Shown: positions 16,455 to 26,007 of the stretch, piece after piece
Position numbering within the stretch: position 1 is the stretch's first letter
Layout: every line of letters starts with the position of its first letter
Origin: a virus
Taxonomy: Duplodnaviria > Caudoviricetes
Reading direction: 5' to 3' (one strand)
Length of the DNA stretch: 26,877 nt
Virus record (IMG/VR): IMGVR_UViG_3300042807_000409
Coordinates: 1 to 26,877 of that record
Notes under the pieces: generated by a model
Seen by the model: the letters and a program-made list of their open reading frames with translations, nothing else
What the model was told of the DNA's origin: nothing
Database searches by the model: none
Program-made: the position numbers and the translations under genes

Positions 16455-18844
16455 TACTGTGGCCTCAGGTCTGGGAATTGAGCAAAGAAGTTTTCAGCGG
16501 TGATCTTTTCCGGTCCCTTGGCCCCCGGCACTTGGACGTAGGCAGAAGCGTTCGGACGCAAGCGGAAGAACTCAACCAGATACCGAATATCCTGCGCCGC
16601 GATAGGATCGTTCTGCGTCCCGATTGGTGGAATTCGGTACTGCTTTAACGGTACCGTTTCAGGATTTAGCTGGTGATCGATGCGGTTAATATCATTTAGC
16701 GCTTTTACGCGGAAGTTATTCAACACGGCAAAGGCCTGCTCCGGCGAGTTCAATATCTTCTCAGGATCGCTTAGCAGTCCCTCAACCTGCTTTTGTTCCC
16801 AGACAGAAGGACGGTCCGTATTGCGAGCATTAAGCTGGATGAGTTGGTTGTTGAGTTCCCTAGCCACGTTTGTAAGCTGCTGCTTTTGTACATCTGTGAA
16901 GGCGGTCTCACCAATGAACGGCACAGTCAAGGTAGTTAAGCCACTTTGAATCTTTGCCAACGGGCCGTAGAGGCGCTCAAAATTCTTGTCGCCAAACAGT
17001 TTGTCGATATCCATGACAAGCTCTTGGTTTGCTCGTTTGCGAGCAACCGCCTTACCGCGTTCATCCGGAGTAAGCGGAGTCATCCTTTGAGTGCCCACTG
17101 TGACGAACGGAGCATTCTCTGGAATGTATCCCACGTCTCCTTCGGCTAGAGGCTGAACCGGACTCCACACCAGCTTTCCGGTCTTGTCTCGCAGATCGCC
17201 TGTCTTGTCGTCATATTTAATAAAGTCCTTGCTCATCAACCGAGCGAGTTCAACAGCTCGAGGCATGCTCATGCCGTGTGCCTCTACCAAATATTTCGCC
17301 TGCGTAGAAAGATCGGCATTTTGTGCCTGCATCTTCATCATTTGTGCGTACATTGAAGCTGCGTACTTCGACTCGTCGCGCATTTCTTGCTCTGCTGCAG
17401 ACAATGCTGCAGTCTTTAGCGCCATGTCAGCGCGACTCTTCTCTGCTGCCAGAGCACCGAACGCCGAGGGGACACCCTTGAGGCCTTTTGCAAGCCGCTC
17501 ACCCACACTACGGCCACGGGACTGTGCAACGTTCAATGCACCTTCAGCGAGTACAAATAAGGCCTGCGCTTGACGCATGTTTTCGTCATCGCCAAGGAGT
17601 TCCTTGTAGATGTCCATGCGCTCTTTCATGCGTGTCTTGAGGTCCTTGGGCCGTGCTCCGGGAAGCTCCCCTGTTTCGGCTTTGGTCTCGGCTTTTGCAG
17701 ACTCGACAATAGCCTCTTGGTCCGGGGAAAGCTGCGGAACTACACCCGGGGCAGGCTTAATGCCACGCTCAAACTCTTCCGGGTACGTATCAGAAACGGG
17801 AGGAGTGGGCGGGGGCATGTTTTCAATGCCGGGGATTGAGGCCATCCGTTTTGCATCTTCAGGAGAATAGCCACGCTCAATCAAAATCTCTTCAATCGAC
17901 TTTCCGCGTTCTTCTTCCCCACCGCTCAAGGCGCCAACTGCGGCTAAACCGCCCAAGCCGATCACCCCTGCTGCTCGGCCTTGGGGAGTGGACATCACAA
18001 CACGGGACACATCTCGAGCCCATGAAGGGATGTTCCGCATGGCCTCTGAAGCCTGCGTCGAGAAACGAAGGAAAGGGCTGATTTGCTGCGGAAGTGATCC
18101 CGGTCCTGCCTGCCTTGCCGCTTGGGCCGCCGCTGCTTCCGCCGATAAAATGCCGGGGGCCACATTGGGATTTGCTTGCGGGCCCATTCCAGAAAGCTGC
18201 GACAAAAGTGCGTTGTATTGCGGCATCGGCATGGACTTACCACCGCTAAATGCTTGGTTGACAGCGCCTTGGAAGGCCTGCCCGTAGCGAGGAATGTTTG
18301 CAGAAGCCGCTTGTATGCCAGAAGGAGCCGGTGGGTTAAGGCCAGACAGACGCGAAAGCAGTGCGTTGTATTCCGCCGTAGGCATGGAAGCTCGGCTTCC
18401 AAACGCCTGCGCAACTTGCCGCTGAAAGTCAGCGCCGTATCGGGGGATGGGAGTCTCTCCTGTTGGAGGAGATCCAGCCTGACGTTTCACGGGCATTGGC
18501 TCAGCAACCAACGATTCAATCCCTCCCGGCATCTGCATGCCTTGCGGGATTGCGGGCATCTGTGTAGCACCTTGCTGTTGCTGGAAAACAGGCTGCATCA
18601 GAGCCAAGACCTCTTCCGGTGTATCAAACGCAGACTCACCCACCATTTGGGCAAGCTCAAGATACCGCTCGTCCAACGAGCGAATGTCGCCACGGAGGTT
18701 GTTGGCAATGATCTCTATGTTATCAGGGCGACGATCCTCAAAGCCGTCTTCTGCGTCGTCTTCGACCATAGAAAGAATGCCTTTGGAGTCGGGGGCGCCC
18801 ATAGACGCCACAAACATAGCCCGTTGATTGACCGGTTTTTTCAT
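16454..18844 (-). CDS. Probable internal virion/ejection protein, 796 aa
   Basis: Low-complexity P/A/Q N-terminal half, GVIGLGGLAAVGAL hydrophobic patch, helical C-terminal half; position. Confidence 0.7.
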   Translation of the reverse strand: MKKPVNQRAMFVASMGAPDSKGILSMVEDDAEDGFEDRRPDNIEIIANNLRGDIRSLDERYLELAQMVGESAFDTPEEVLALMQPVFQQQQGATQMPAIPQGMQMPGGIESLVAEPMPVKRQAGSPPTGETPIPRYGADFQRQVAQAFGSRASMPTAEYNALLSRLSGLNPPAPSGIQAASANIPRYGQAFQGAVNQAFSGGKSMPMPQYNALLSQLSGMGPQANPNVAPGILSAEAAAAQAARQAGPGSLPQQISPFLRFSTQASEAMRNIPSWARDVSRVVMSTPQGRAAGVIGLGGLAAVGALSGGEEERGKSIEEILIERGYSPEDAKRMASIPGIENMPPPTPPVSDTYPEEFERGIKPAPGVVPQLSPDQEAIVESAKAETKAETGELPGARPKDLKTRMKERMDIYKELLGDDENMRQAQALFVLAEGALNVAQSRGRSVGERLAKGLKGVPSAFGALAAEKSRADMALKTAALSAAEQEMRDESKYAASMYAQMMKMQAQNADLSTQAKYLVEAHGMSMPRAVELARLMSKDFIKYDDKTGDLRDKTGKLVWSPVQPLAEGDVGYIPENAPFVTVGTQRMTPLTPDERGKAVARKRANQELVMDIDKLFGDKNFERLYGPLAKIQSGLTTLTVPFIGETAFTDVQKQQLTNVARELNNQLIQLNARNTDRPSVWEQKQVEGLLSDPEKILNSPEQAFAVLNNFRVKALNDINRIDHQLNPETVPLKQYRIPPIGTQNDPIAAQDIRYLVEFFRLRPNASAYVQVPGAKGPEKITAENFFAQFPDLRPQ
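18179..18448 (-). repeat. Intragenic tandem duplication of a 39-aa unit (period 153 nt)
   Basis: IPRYGADFQRQVAQAFGSRASMPTAEYNALLSRLSGLNP vs IPRYGQAFQGAVNQAFSGGKSMPMPQYNALLSQLSGMGP. Confidence 0.9.
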
Positions 18845-18853
18845 GCTTTAGTC

Positions 18854-19918
18854 CTAGCCAAAAAGACCCGCCTTTTGCGCACCCGCTGCTGCCGAAAGCC
18901 CTGAGACGCCAAGACCAACGGCTTGCAGCAGAGGGCTCGTGCTAGGAGCGGTGGAGGATGTAAGTGCGATCTGGCTTGATGGCGCACCTTTGTAGATATC
19001 TGACAAAAAGCCCAATCGCTGGTACGGAGATGTGGCAGTCTGCAGAGCCGTGGCACGTGCTGCTTCGAGCTCGTTCTGTGCCTGTTGCTGCCCCATCGAA
19101 CCGAGCGCTGCCAGTGCATTGACGTCCTGCAGGCCAAGCTGACTTGCAAGCTGCCCAATACCGGCTTGTTGTACGCCAAGTGTGCCCAATTGTGTGCCAA
19201 GCTGCCCTAGCGTTCCCGCTTGCTGTAGGCCAAGACCTGCTTGAGATGCACCAAGCTGCCCAAGAAGCTGCGTTCCCGCAAGGCCCCGTTGCTGTGCTTG
19301 CTCAAACCCTTGCATAGCAGACTGTTGTGCCTGCCCATAACCTTGCTGCAAGGCACCTACAATCGCTGCGTTTTGTTGTTCAGCCAAGGCACGATCAAGT
19401 TCAGCTCGCTGTACACCCTCTCGAGTGCCACCAAAGGCCCCCGTGCGAACGGCTTGCGCTGCCAAGCCTTGCCGTGCAATGTCCCCCTGCCGCTGAATCT
19501 GACGGATGGACTCGTCGATCACTTGCTGCTGATAGGGGTTCATGTAAGGTGACACCATCGTCGATGGGTCAAACGCTTTCGGCGTAGCGCCGATCATGCC
19601 CTGCGCTCTTTCAATGGCCCCGATGCCACCACTGATGTCTTGGCCGCCTGCCGCAGCTAGCGCCGCCTGTTGGGCAGCGCTCATTCCTTCGCCTACGCCG
19701 GTCGTACCTGCCTGCAAGAAAGGAGCATATGCGCCGATGCCTTGACGAGCCAAGGACATTGCCTCAAGCTGAAGCGGATCAAGGCCCGCTGCTTGGTAAG
19801 CAGGAAGGCTGATAGGCTGCTCAACTTGCTGCCTTGCTGCCTCTAACAGGCCTACCTTGTAGGCCTCGATATCCGGATGTTCCCGGACTATCTGTTCAAC
19901 ATACTGTTGGTCAGCCAT
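18854..19918 (-). CDS. Q/G/A-rich probable ejection (pilot-like) protein, 354 aa
   Basis: GAFGGTR motif, GQLG-type repeats, hydrophobic C-terminus; TAATG coupling. Confidence 0.75.
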   Translation of the reverse strand: MADQQYVEQIVREHPDIEAYKVGLLEAARQQVEQPISLPAYQAAGLDPLQLEAMSLARQGIGAYAPFLQAGTTGVGEGMSAAQQAALAAAGGQDISGGIGAIERAQGMIGATPKAFDPSTMVSPYMNPYQQQVIDESIRQIQRQGDIARQGLAAQAVRTGAFGGTREGVQRAELDRALAEQQNAAIVGALQQGYGQAQQSAMQGFEQAQQRGLAGTQLLGQLGASQAGLGLQQAGTLGQLGTQLGTLGVQQAGIGQLASQLGLQDVNALAALGSMGQQQAQNELEAARATALQTATSPYQRLGFLSDIYKGAPSSQIALTSSTAPSTSPLLQAVGLGVSGLSAAAGAQKAGLFG

Positions 19919-21864
19919 TATGCGTTCCCCTCGAACTGCTTCATCATTTGATACATCCGTCGAGCACCCTCACGGCGAGAACCATTCCCGGCCCCACGCA
20001 CAGCACGCGCTGTCATTACAAACTCTCCGTCAGAGAGCATGGCAGGAATTGAATCCGACGTCCCAGTTCCGGGGCCATTGATTGGCCCTGTACGACGGGG
20101 ATACTCCGGTGTGCCGCCGTTTGCAAAACCGCCCATATTAAATCGACGAGGCGCCATCGTTGCAATGCCTCCTCGCGCTGCACGAACAGGAGGCTGAGCG
20201 TACGTAGTCGTTACCCCGCCAAGATTGACACCAAACTTGTCTTTGTTTTGCATAAAGTATTCATACGGCCCCATCTTCAGCCGCTTCGCCAACTCACTTT
20301 CCGGAATAGGCTCAGGGCTAAATGCACCAGTGGCAGCCAACGTCCCAATACCTGCAAGTGTCAACGGGCCATACTTACTAAATGCACCGGGGAGCGCTTT
20401 TTCATATGCGCTCATGGCAAGCTTTTCGTTCCCAGTCTGCTGCATAACAGTCTGGTATTTCTGCAGTGCAGTCTGCTCACCCCGCGCTGCGATTTCACTG
20501 GGAGACAGATACTCTTTGTAGAAGTTTTCTGCGGGTCCAAGAACATTTCTTTGCAGAAAGCTTTGCGGCGCTGCCGCAGGAGCTGAAGCAAGGGGGTTCA
20601 GCGTAGCGCCAACCTCACGAATACCGCCTCCGGGCATTGCCATTACATCGCCAAGCTCAGCAGGAAGTGTTTGCCCTAGGGTTTGAATACCGCCCGGAGC
20701 GACAGGAGCCCCCGGTGCAGCAGGAGGAGCAGCCGGGGTCGGTGCAGCTTGGGCCATGGGGCTTGCAGGAGTAGGAGGAGGCACCTGAGCAGGCGCCCCA
20801 GCTTGCGAGACAGCTTGCCCCGGAGTAGCGGGTGTACCAGCAGGGACCGTAGCTTGAGCCGACGGAGAGAAAAGATCTGTGAACTTTTCGTATTGACCAG
20901 AGATCGTCGTGGGGCCAGCATAGCTTCCCGCTTGAAGTGCCTGCGAACCGCCCATCACAGCGCTACCAGCGCCAGCAACGAGGCCATTGACCGCACCCGA
21001 CTTCAAAGCAGATTTAAAGCCCTCGCCAGCGGCCAAGGAAGAACCAAAACCGCCAATAAATCCACTCACTGCGGCAACACCAGCCGCAGATGTAACACCC
21101 AGCGCAGAGGCTGCAGCAGGTCCAAGGAAATAGCCCAATGCAACCGTGGTGATGATCTTACCGACCGTGCTCTTTGCGAACTTACTCACGGCATTCTTGA
21201 TCCCCTTCCACGCATCACTGACCCAGTTGTACTCACGCAGTCCAGTGACAGGGTTAATGGTCCCTGATCCGCCCATCATTTGAAGAGCACGAGCTTCCAT
21301 GGGCGTGATGTGTGCCAGCATGGTGTCGCCGTTGCGCCCATAACTCTGCAGCGCTTGTGCCACAGGGTTTAGAGTTGCAATGCCACCATTGGCAAAACCT
21401 TCTGGGGGCGTAGGGTTGGCAGGTTCCATGGGACCAGCCATCGGCACTTGTAGGGGCTTGACCTGAGTAAGCGCAACCTGAAGCGCGCCCATAAACTCAG
21501 GATCAAATTGCTCAGGCAAAAAGTCTGCGGGAAAACCCTGAGAAATAAGCTGTTGACGAATCTCTTCGTAACGGCTGGGGTCTTGCAGAATCTGCATGAT
21601 CAAATCCTGCAGCATTTGAAGCAGTTCGGCGGGCAAGGAAAGCTGCGAAATCGCCTGCTTAAACTCCGCAATTGCGGCCGGATCCATCTGTTCCCCAGCG
21701 CCCAGTAGTTCTTGCGAAAATTCTCCTGCCGGAACTTCTTGGCGAGCTTGTGCCAACGCCGCCTCGGCCTGAGGGTCGGCGGACATCGCGGGCTGCTGTG
21801 GAGGTGGTGCGGGTTGTGGGGCAACCTGAGGTGCCAAACCCATAATACCTTGATTCTCTTCCAT
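19918..21864 (-). CDS. Probable internal virion/ejection protein, 648 aa
   Basis: GRNGDTMLAHI...INPVTGLREY motif, G/A-rich hydrophobic region, C-terminal GPGTGTSDSIPAMLSDGEFV; start ATG 21862-21864 after GGAAAGGA SD. Confidence 0.8.
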   Translation of the reverse strand: MEENQGIMGLAPQVAPQPAPPPQQPAMSADPQAEAALAQARQEVPAGEFSQELLGAGEQMDPAAIAEFKQAISQLSLPAELLQMLQDLIMQILQDPSRYEEIRQQLISQGFPADFLPEQFDPEFMGALQVALTQVKPLQVPMAGPMEPANPTPPEGFANGGIATLNPVAQALQSYGRNGDTMLAHITPMEARALQMMGGSGTINPVTGLREYNWVSDAWKGIKNAVSKFAKSTVGKIITTVALGYFLGPAAASALGVTSAAGVAAVSGFIGGFGSSLAAGEGFKSALKSGAVNGLVAGAGSAVMGGSQALQAGSYAGPTTISGQYEKFTDLFSPSAQATVPAGTPATPGQAVSQAGAPAQVPPPTPASPMAQAAPTPAAPPAAPGAPVAPGGIQTLGQTLPAELGDVMAMPGGGIREVGATLNPLASAPAAAPQSFLQRNVLGPAENFYKEYLSPSEIAARGEQTALQKYQTVMQQTGNEKLAMSAYEKALPGAFSKYGPLTLAGIGTLAATGAFSPEPIPESELAKRLKMGPYEYFMQNKDKFGVNLGGVTTTYAQPPVRAARGGIATMAPRRFNMGGFANGGTPEYPRRTGPINGPGTGTSDSIPAMLSDGEFVMTARAVRGAGNGSRREGARRMYQMMKQFEGNA

Positions 21865-21930
21865 TCCTGTCCTTTCCAATTTCGGCTAATCACCCATGGG
21901 GCTGCGCGTCAGGAAAGAACGCGGGTATGG
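21865..21930 (-). ncRNA. Candidate structured 5' leader (H-type pseudoknot pairing with the SD)
   Basis: Stem CGCGU/ACGCG with loop UCUUUCCUG complementary to downstream GGAAAGG; no family assignment. Confidence 0.45.
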
Positions 21931-21934
21931 GCGC

Positions 21935-21964
21935 ATTATGACTCATTTGTTTAGTTCCTGTCTA
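21935..21964 (-). promoter_or_regulatory. Candidate internal promoter P3 upstream of the ejection-protein genes
   Basis: TAGACA-N18-CATAAT at the start of the only sizeable gap in the structural block. Confidence 0.5.
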
Positions 21965-22283
21965 CTTCCAGATATGAAAGATAGAAGACCACATCGTCTT
22001 CAGAGGACTCTACCTCAAGCTCATCCGTTGCTTCCATAACGCAAGGAATTCCGCTAAATACGTCCATCGTTGCATTGACCGGCAAGAAGATGTCCCGCAT
22101 CAGGTGGTAACCCGTCGCCCCTCCTCCCGGATAGACGATGATCGTAATCGTGGCGTCCGCTGAGTTGGCATTCGTCACCCGCAAAGAGCTCAAAATGGCC
22201 GTATTCGCAGCAGGCACGGTGTAGATAGTGTGTGGCGTGGCCGCTACCGAAATGTGATGCTGCTTTAAATACTTGTTAGCCAT
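21951..22283 (-). CDS. Small beta-rich virion-associated protein, 110 aa
   Basis: TIYTVPA...AILSSLRVTN... all-beta pattern; TGATG coupling. Confidence 0.8.
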   Translation of the reverse strand: MANKYLKQHHISVAATPHTIYTVPAANTAILSSLRVTNANSADATITIIVYPGGGATGYHLMRDIFLPVNATMDVFSGIPCVMEATDELEVESSEDDVVFYLSYLEVDRN

Positions 22284-23236
22284 CAGTACATCTCCGCAGA
22301 AACAAAGGCAATCGTCATGATTACCGATGGAATGGCAGGCCTAGTCGGACTTGTCCCCACTCCGTAATGCTCCAAAAATGCCCCGGGACGATCCGACCAC
22401 CACGCCATCTCTAAATACTCTGTCGTCGCATCGTTTACGGTGAAAATGCCGTTGATTGACGGCACAATATGCGACCAAAGCGAAGCGCTTTTTCGGGCCA
22501 AAAGGTCAAAACGGCTGTTACTCAAGGGATAGTTGACACCCGTATTCTTGGCCCAGATCTCAAACTCACCGACCGCATTGTCCTGATTGGATACCTGCGT
22601 ACGAAAGGTCACTAAATACTGACCCGGGTAGTCAAACATGAGCTTCGAGGCCCGTGATCCGTTGATCGTGGTGCTTGCAACAAGCTGCGACGTATCTACA
22701 GTGTAGACACCCACCCCGCCTGTCGTGCCACTGACCTGAGCAATGATGCGAGTGCCCGCTGTGATGCCGGTGCCAGTGATTATCATGCCCGTTAGCAGCG
22801 TTCCAGAAGTCACTGCTGTGACATCCAGTACAGTGCCAGCAGACCCCGCCCCGTCGTCAATCTCGCCTGTGAACACCGCCGTATGGCTTGCTACCTTGAT
22901 GCCATACTCAAAAATAGGACTGTCAAAAGTAATGATGTTTTCTGACGTCGTCCCGATATTTGCCTGATCCTCCTCCGACATCAACATGGCATACGGCAGC
23001 AAAATGCCCGTGCTCGCCTGAAAACCTCGAATAGGACCAGCAAAACCACCCCCGGCAGACCCTCCGCCGCCCGCGAACCACGAGACCGCTGCTCCCTGAT
23101 TCTGGTCCACGGTCGACGTGTAAGTGTTGTTGAGCTGCAGAACAATCTGCTCGAGCGAACGGACCAGCTGGTCAAACTGCTGGGGGTTGTACTGAGGCGA
23201 TGCGTTCGGCAGGCGAACGTTAAAAATCTTGCTCAT
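22283..23236 (-). CDS. Tail needle/plug-like protein: N-terminal coiled coil, Gly linker, beta-sandwich C-terminus
   Basis: [27 protein letters not shown] linker, C1q/TNF-like pattern ([11 protein letters not shown]); directly follows gp10-like gene. Confidence 0.6.
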   Translation of the reverse strand: MSKIFNVRLPNASPQYNPQQFDQLVRSLEQIVLQLNNTYTSTVDQNQGAAVSWFAGGGGSAGGGFAGPIRGFQASTGILLPYAMLMSEEDQANIGTTSENIITFDSPIFEYGIKVASHTAVFTGEIDDGAGSAGTVLDVTAVTSGTLLTGMIITGTGITAGTRIIAQVSGTTGGVGVYTVDTSQLVASTTINGSRASKLMFDYPGQYLVTFRTQVSNQDNAVGEFEIWAKNTGVNYPLSNSRFDLLARKSASLWSHIVPSINGIFTVNDATTEYLEMAWWSDRPGAFLEHYGVGTSPTRPAIPSVIMTIAFVSAEMY

Positions 23237-25104
23237 CGCAAGCCATCCGGTTGAATGTCAACACGCAAGGTGCCGTATCGCCAGAAGGTGTCGACCTCGT
23301 CGCTGTCGATTAACAACGAAATCTGGCGTCCACGTGCTCGTGTGTCTACCTTTTGAGTAGTCGGGGTTACCGTATAAGGGTCCAAGGAGCTTGGGTTTGC
23401 CGTGGCTTGGGGGTATGGGCGTAGGCGCAATTGCACTTCTAAATTGCCCTGCTGGTTTTTGAAATCAGGGATAAAGCGCTTCATGTAGATCATGTTGTCG
23501 CCATCGCCGATGTCAAAGTAGCCCGACTGGATGTAGGCATGAATTGGGCCACCATCCGCATCGTTTAAGCCATCCTCTTGGTTGTACACAATACAGCGTC
23601 CCGCAGTCAGGCCGTAAATCGTTGAGATTGTATTGGCGTTAGAGTTTTCCAAATAAGGTGTCGCTAACGGCTTGTCGTACGCTCCAACATCGGCCCACGA
23701 AGTCCTTGACATAGAGCCAACGCTCCAGACATTTTCTAAGTAATTTAGTGTGACAAAACGGTCGATGTAGTCACTCGTGAATGAGCAATACCACCACGTG
23801 ACTTCGTTAAATTGTGTGTTAATACCAACATGTACTTTCTGCCCTTGAACAAGATTAATGTCCTTAAAGACATAGTCCTGAACGGTACAAGGCAGTTTTT
23901 TAACCGTACCATCAAACAAGAAGAAGGCCTCTTTAGCCATCCAAAAGGCTAATCCATTGACGTCCGCAGCCGCATGAGGGCTAATACAGCCGCAGTTTGC
24001 TCCAAGCTGCTGAAAGCCAAAAGTATACGGGGGGCCGACATACTGCATACCATGCAGCGATGTGTCGGTAAAGATCAAAATCTGACCGCGAGAGCGAATC
24101 GCCGTCACGATCTCATTTCCGTCAGTGAGCCGTTGCCCACCAGCCGTGTTCGTTGCTGACTCAACAAAATTGTTGATGTCCTCTTGGTTAGAGAACCGCA
24201 CAAACATTGGATCTTGTGTGCTTGGTGTTCCGATTGTTGATTCTGTACCAAAACATACTAAGTGTCTGTCCGGGGTTGAGACCAGCGCATATTTGCTCTT
24301 TGTGGGTGCTCCTGCGACAACCGCTGCGCGATTATTGACGATCCCAGCGCTTGTGTCCCATCGATAAATAGAGCCATCTACCAACTGACAAAGCAGGTCT
24401 TCCCCAAACGTATCAAATTGCCACACCCGCGAAAGAAGCTGTGTTCCTGCTGAGGCAGGGCGGGGCGTTCCCCAAGTGCTCAAGCCCCACGTGCCAGTGC
24501 CCCAACCAAAGTCCACATAGCTGACATCCGTTCCAACGTTGATCTGATACTGGCCTACAACAGCTGCCCCACCATCTCCAGAGTCACTTGAGTTAGCTAC
24601 CACTGGGGCAGTGATGGTGTATGTGTTGGCGCTGAGAACCTGCGTGATCTCGTATTCACTGTTTAAGATAGCCGCTGTGATGTTGCCGCCAAGAGAAACC
24701 GCTCCACTAAAAGTAACAAAATCCCCTTGGATTGCGCCATGCGCGGTATCCGTCACAGTAATAATTGCTGAGCCGTTGCTCGCGGCAAACGTGACGTCCC
24801 CAGCACCTGTCGTGGCTCGAATAGGGGTAATGTCCGCCCATGCCCCACCAGTAAACACGTACAGCTTTCGGTTTGTTCCCACCGCTGCATAGGGTGAGCC
24901 AGCAAGGTCGGACCAAGTAAAGACCTCGCTACATTGACCAAGAAGATAGGTTTCCTGACCAGCGAACATGGTCCATCCACCCATCTTTTCTGGAAGGCCA
25001 TACCGAAAGCGCACGTAGTCGCTGTCAATCCAGCCACCCTCTGCGCCATATTCGGTGTTTTGCTTGTCGATTCCCGGTTTAAGGGCTAGTCTTAGATACG
25101 CCAT
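23233..25104 (-). CDS. Podovirus tail hub/nozzle protein (P22 gp10-like)
   Basis: About 620 aa beta-propeller-like sequence with [39 protein letters not shown] motifs. Confidence 0.8.
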   Translation of the reverse strand: MAYLRLALKPGIDKQNTEYGAEGGWIDSDYVRFRYGLPEKMGGWTMFAGQETYLLGQCSEVFTWSDLAGSPYAAVGTNRKLYVFTGGAWADITPIRATTGAGDVTFAASNGSAIITVTDTAHGAIQGDFVTFSGAVSLGGNITAAILNSEYEITQVLSANTYTITAPVVANSSDSGDGGAAVVGQYQINVGTDVSYVDFGWGTGTWGLSTWGTPRPASAGTQLLSRVWQFDTFGEDLLCQLVDGSIYRWDTSAGIVNNRAAVVAGAPTKSKYALVSTPDRHLVCFGTESTIGTPSTQDPMFVRFSNQEDINNFVESATNTAGGQRLTDGNEIVTAIRSRGQILIFTDTSLHGMQYVGPPYTFGFQQLGANCGCISPHAAADVNGLAFWMAKEAFFLFDGTVKKLPCTVQDYVFKDINLVQGQKVHVGINTQFNEVTWWYCSFTSDYIDRFVTLNYLENVWSVGSMSRTSWADVGAYDKPLATPYLENSNANTISTIYGLTAGRCIVYNQEDGLNDADGGPIHAYIQSGYFDIGDGDNMIYMKRFIPDFKNQQGNLEVQLRLRPYPQATANPSSLDPYTVTPTTQKVDTRARGRQISLLIDSDEVDTFWRYGTLRVDIQPDGLR

Positions 25105-25550
25105 TACAGGTACTCTGCCTCTGCTTGCCGTCGTTTAACGAGACCCCGTAGGATTCTGCCGCCACCACGAATCCACTTAGCCAACTCAGTTCTTGCGCCG
25201 TCCCAATCCTCGGCGTTTATTCGTCTGCGCAACGTCGATGCACGGTACCGTGCCACCCCTAGATTGTAAGCAAAATCTGTTATAGCGCCAAGAGCTTCTG
25301 GATGTCGAGCTAAATTGGGCGAAGCCTTGAAAACACCCGCTCGGTAGTTGTGCCTTAGCTCATGTTGCAGCCACTGCTCTGCGACTTCTTTGGTTATCGG
25401 TGGGTCGTCTTTGGTTACCTGCGTCCCATCGGGTTTAAACACCGTCCCGTATCCAATCGTCCAGTAGCCTGCTGGGCACAAATATGGCGTAGCAGAAAAG
25501 CCCTCAAACCGACGGCACAAGGCAGCGGCAATCTCAAGACTTCTGTCCAC
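25104..25550 (-). CDS. GH24 (T4-lysozyme-like) endolysin
   Basis: FEG...PYLCPAGYWTIGYG, FAYNLG, STL, GLVKRR.AE; start uncertain (GTG 25550 chosen over TTG 25568). Confidence 0.92.
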   Translation of the reverse strand: MDRSLEIAAALCRRFEGFSATPYLCPAGYWTIGYGTVFKPDGTQVTKDDPPITKEVAEQWLQHELRHNYRAGVFKASPNLARHPEALGAITDFAYNLGVARYRASTLRRRINAEDWDGARTELAKWIRGGGRILRGLVKRRQAEAEYL

Positions 25551-26007
25551 GTTCCCAAACCCTTCCAACGAACCAGAACGTCAGAATCAGCGTCAGGATA
25601 GCCATGTCGTCTTTGTTCCACATCTCAAGCAGCACCACCCGCCAGTCGCCGTTTTGCTCAAGGGCCAGAAGATACGCAGCCAGCTTGACACAAAAGTACG
25701 CCGTCACGAAAGCGTAGGTCACTATCGGACGGACAAGGGCTGAGATCCCTGCTATGACTTTACCTGCTGCCCTTGCGGTTTTACCCTGTTCTTCAATTGC
25801 CCTGCCGATTGCATCGACTTCAGCCATCGTCATCTCGGCCTCGGTCTGGCGCATGTGGATCTCACCACGGACCTTGGCAAACTCCATCTCGGCGGTCAAC
25901 AAGGCGAGTTCATGCGCACGCTCAGACTTCCTGTCCCAGAGCTTTAATACCTCAGGGGCTAAACGAAACAAGCCCCCAAGAAGTCCACCGAAGAGAGACT
26001 CAAGCAT
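25534..26007 (-). CDS. Putative holin (3TM-holin-like)
   Basis: Amphipathic N-terminus, VRPIVTY motif, hydrophobic segments, C-terminal FWFVGR; adjacent to endolysin. Confidence 0.7.
   Translation of the reverse strand: MLESLFGGLLGGLFRLAPEVLKLWDRKSERAHELALLTAEMEFAKVRGEIHMRQTEAEMTMAEVDAIGRAIEEQGKTARAAGKVIAGISALVRPIVTYAFVTAYFCVKLAAYLLALEQNGDWRVVLLEMWNKDDMAILTLILTFWFVGRVWERGQKS

Noticed and set aside
18176-18904. 242-aa plus-strand ORF
   Set aside because: Antisense shadow of the 796-aa virion gene; Arg/Cys/His-rich composition and no recognisable motif.
18841-19200. 119-aa alternative-frame minus ORF ending at an ATGA overlap with the 796-aa gene
   Set aside because: Lies almost entirely within the 354-aa gene, no SD, atypical composition; no slippery site noticed to suggest a frameshift product.
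20683-21267. 194-aa plus-strand ORF
   Set aside because: Arg/Ser-rich antisense shadow of an Ala/Pro/Gly-rich coding region.
21865-21930. Assignment of the leader to SAM/SAH, preQ1 or pistol/HDV ribozyme families
   Set aside because: Only the topology and a CUUUCCUG loop are similar; the family-specific conserved nucleotides I recall are missing, and no covariance search could be run.
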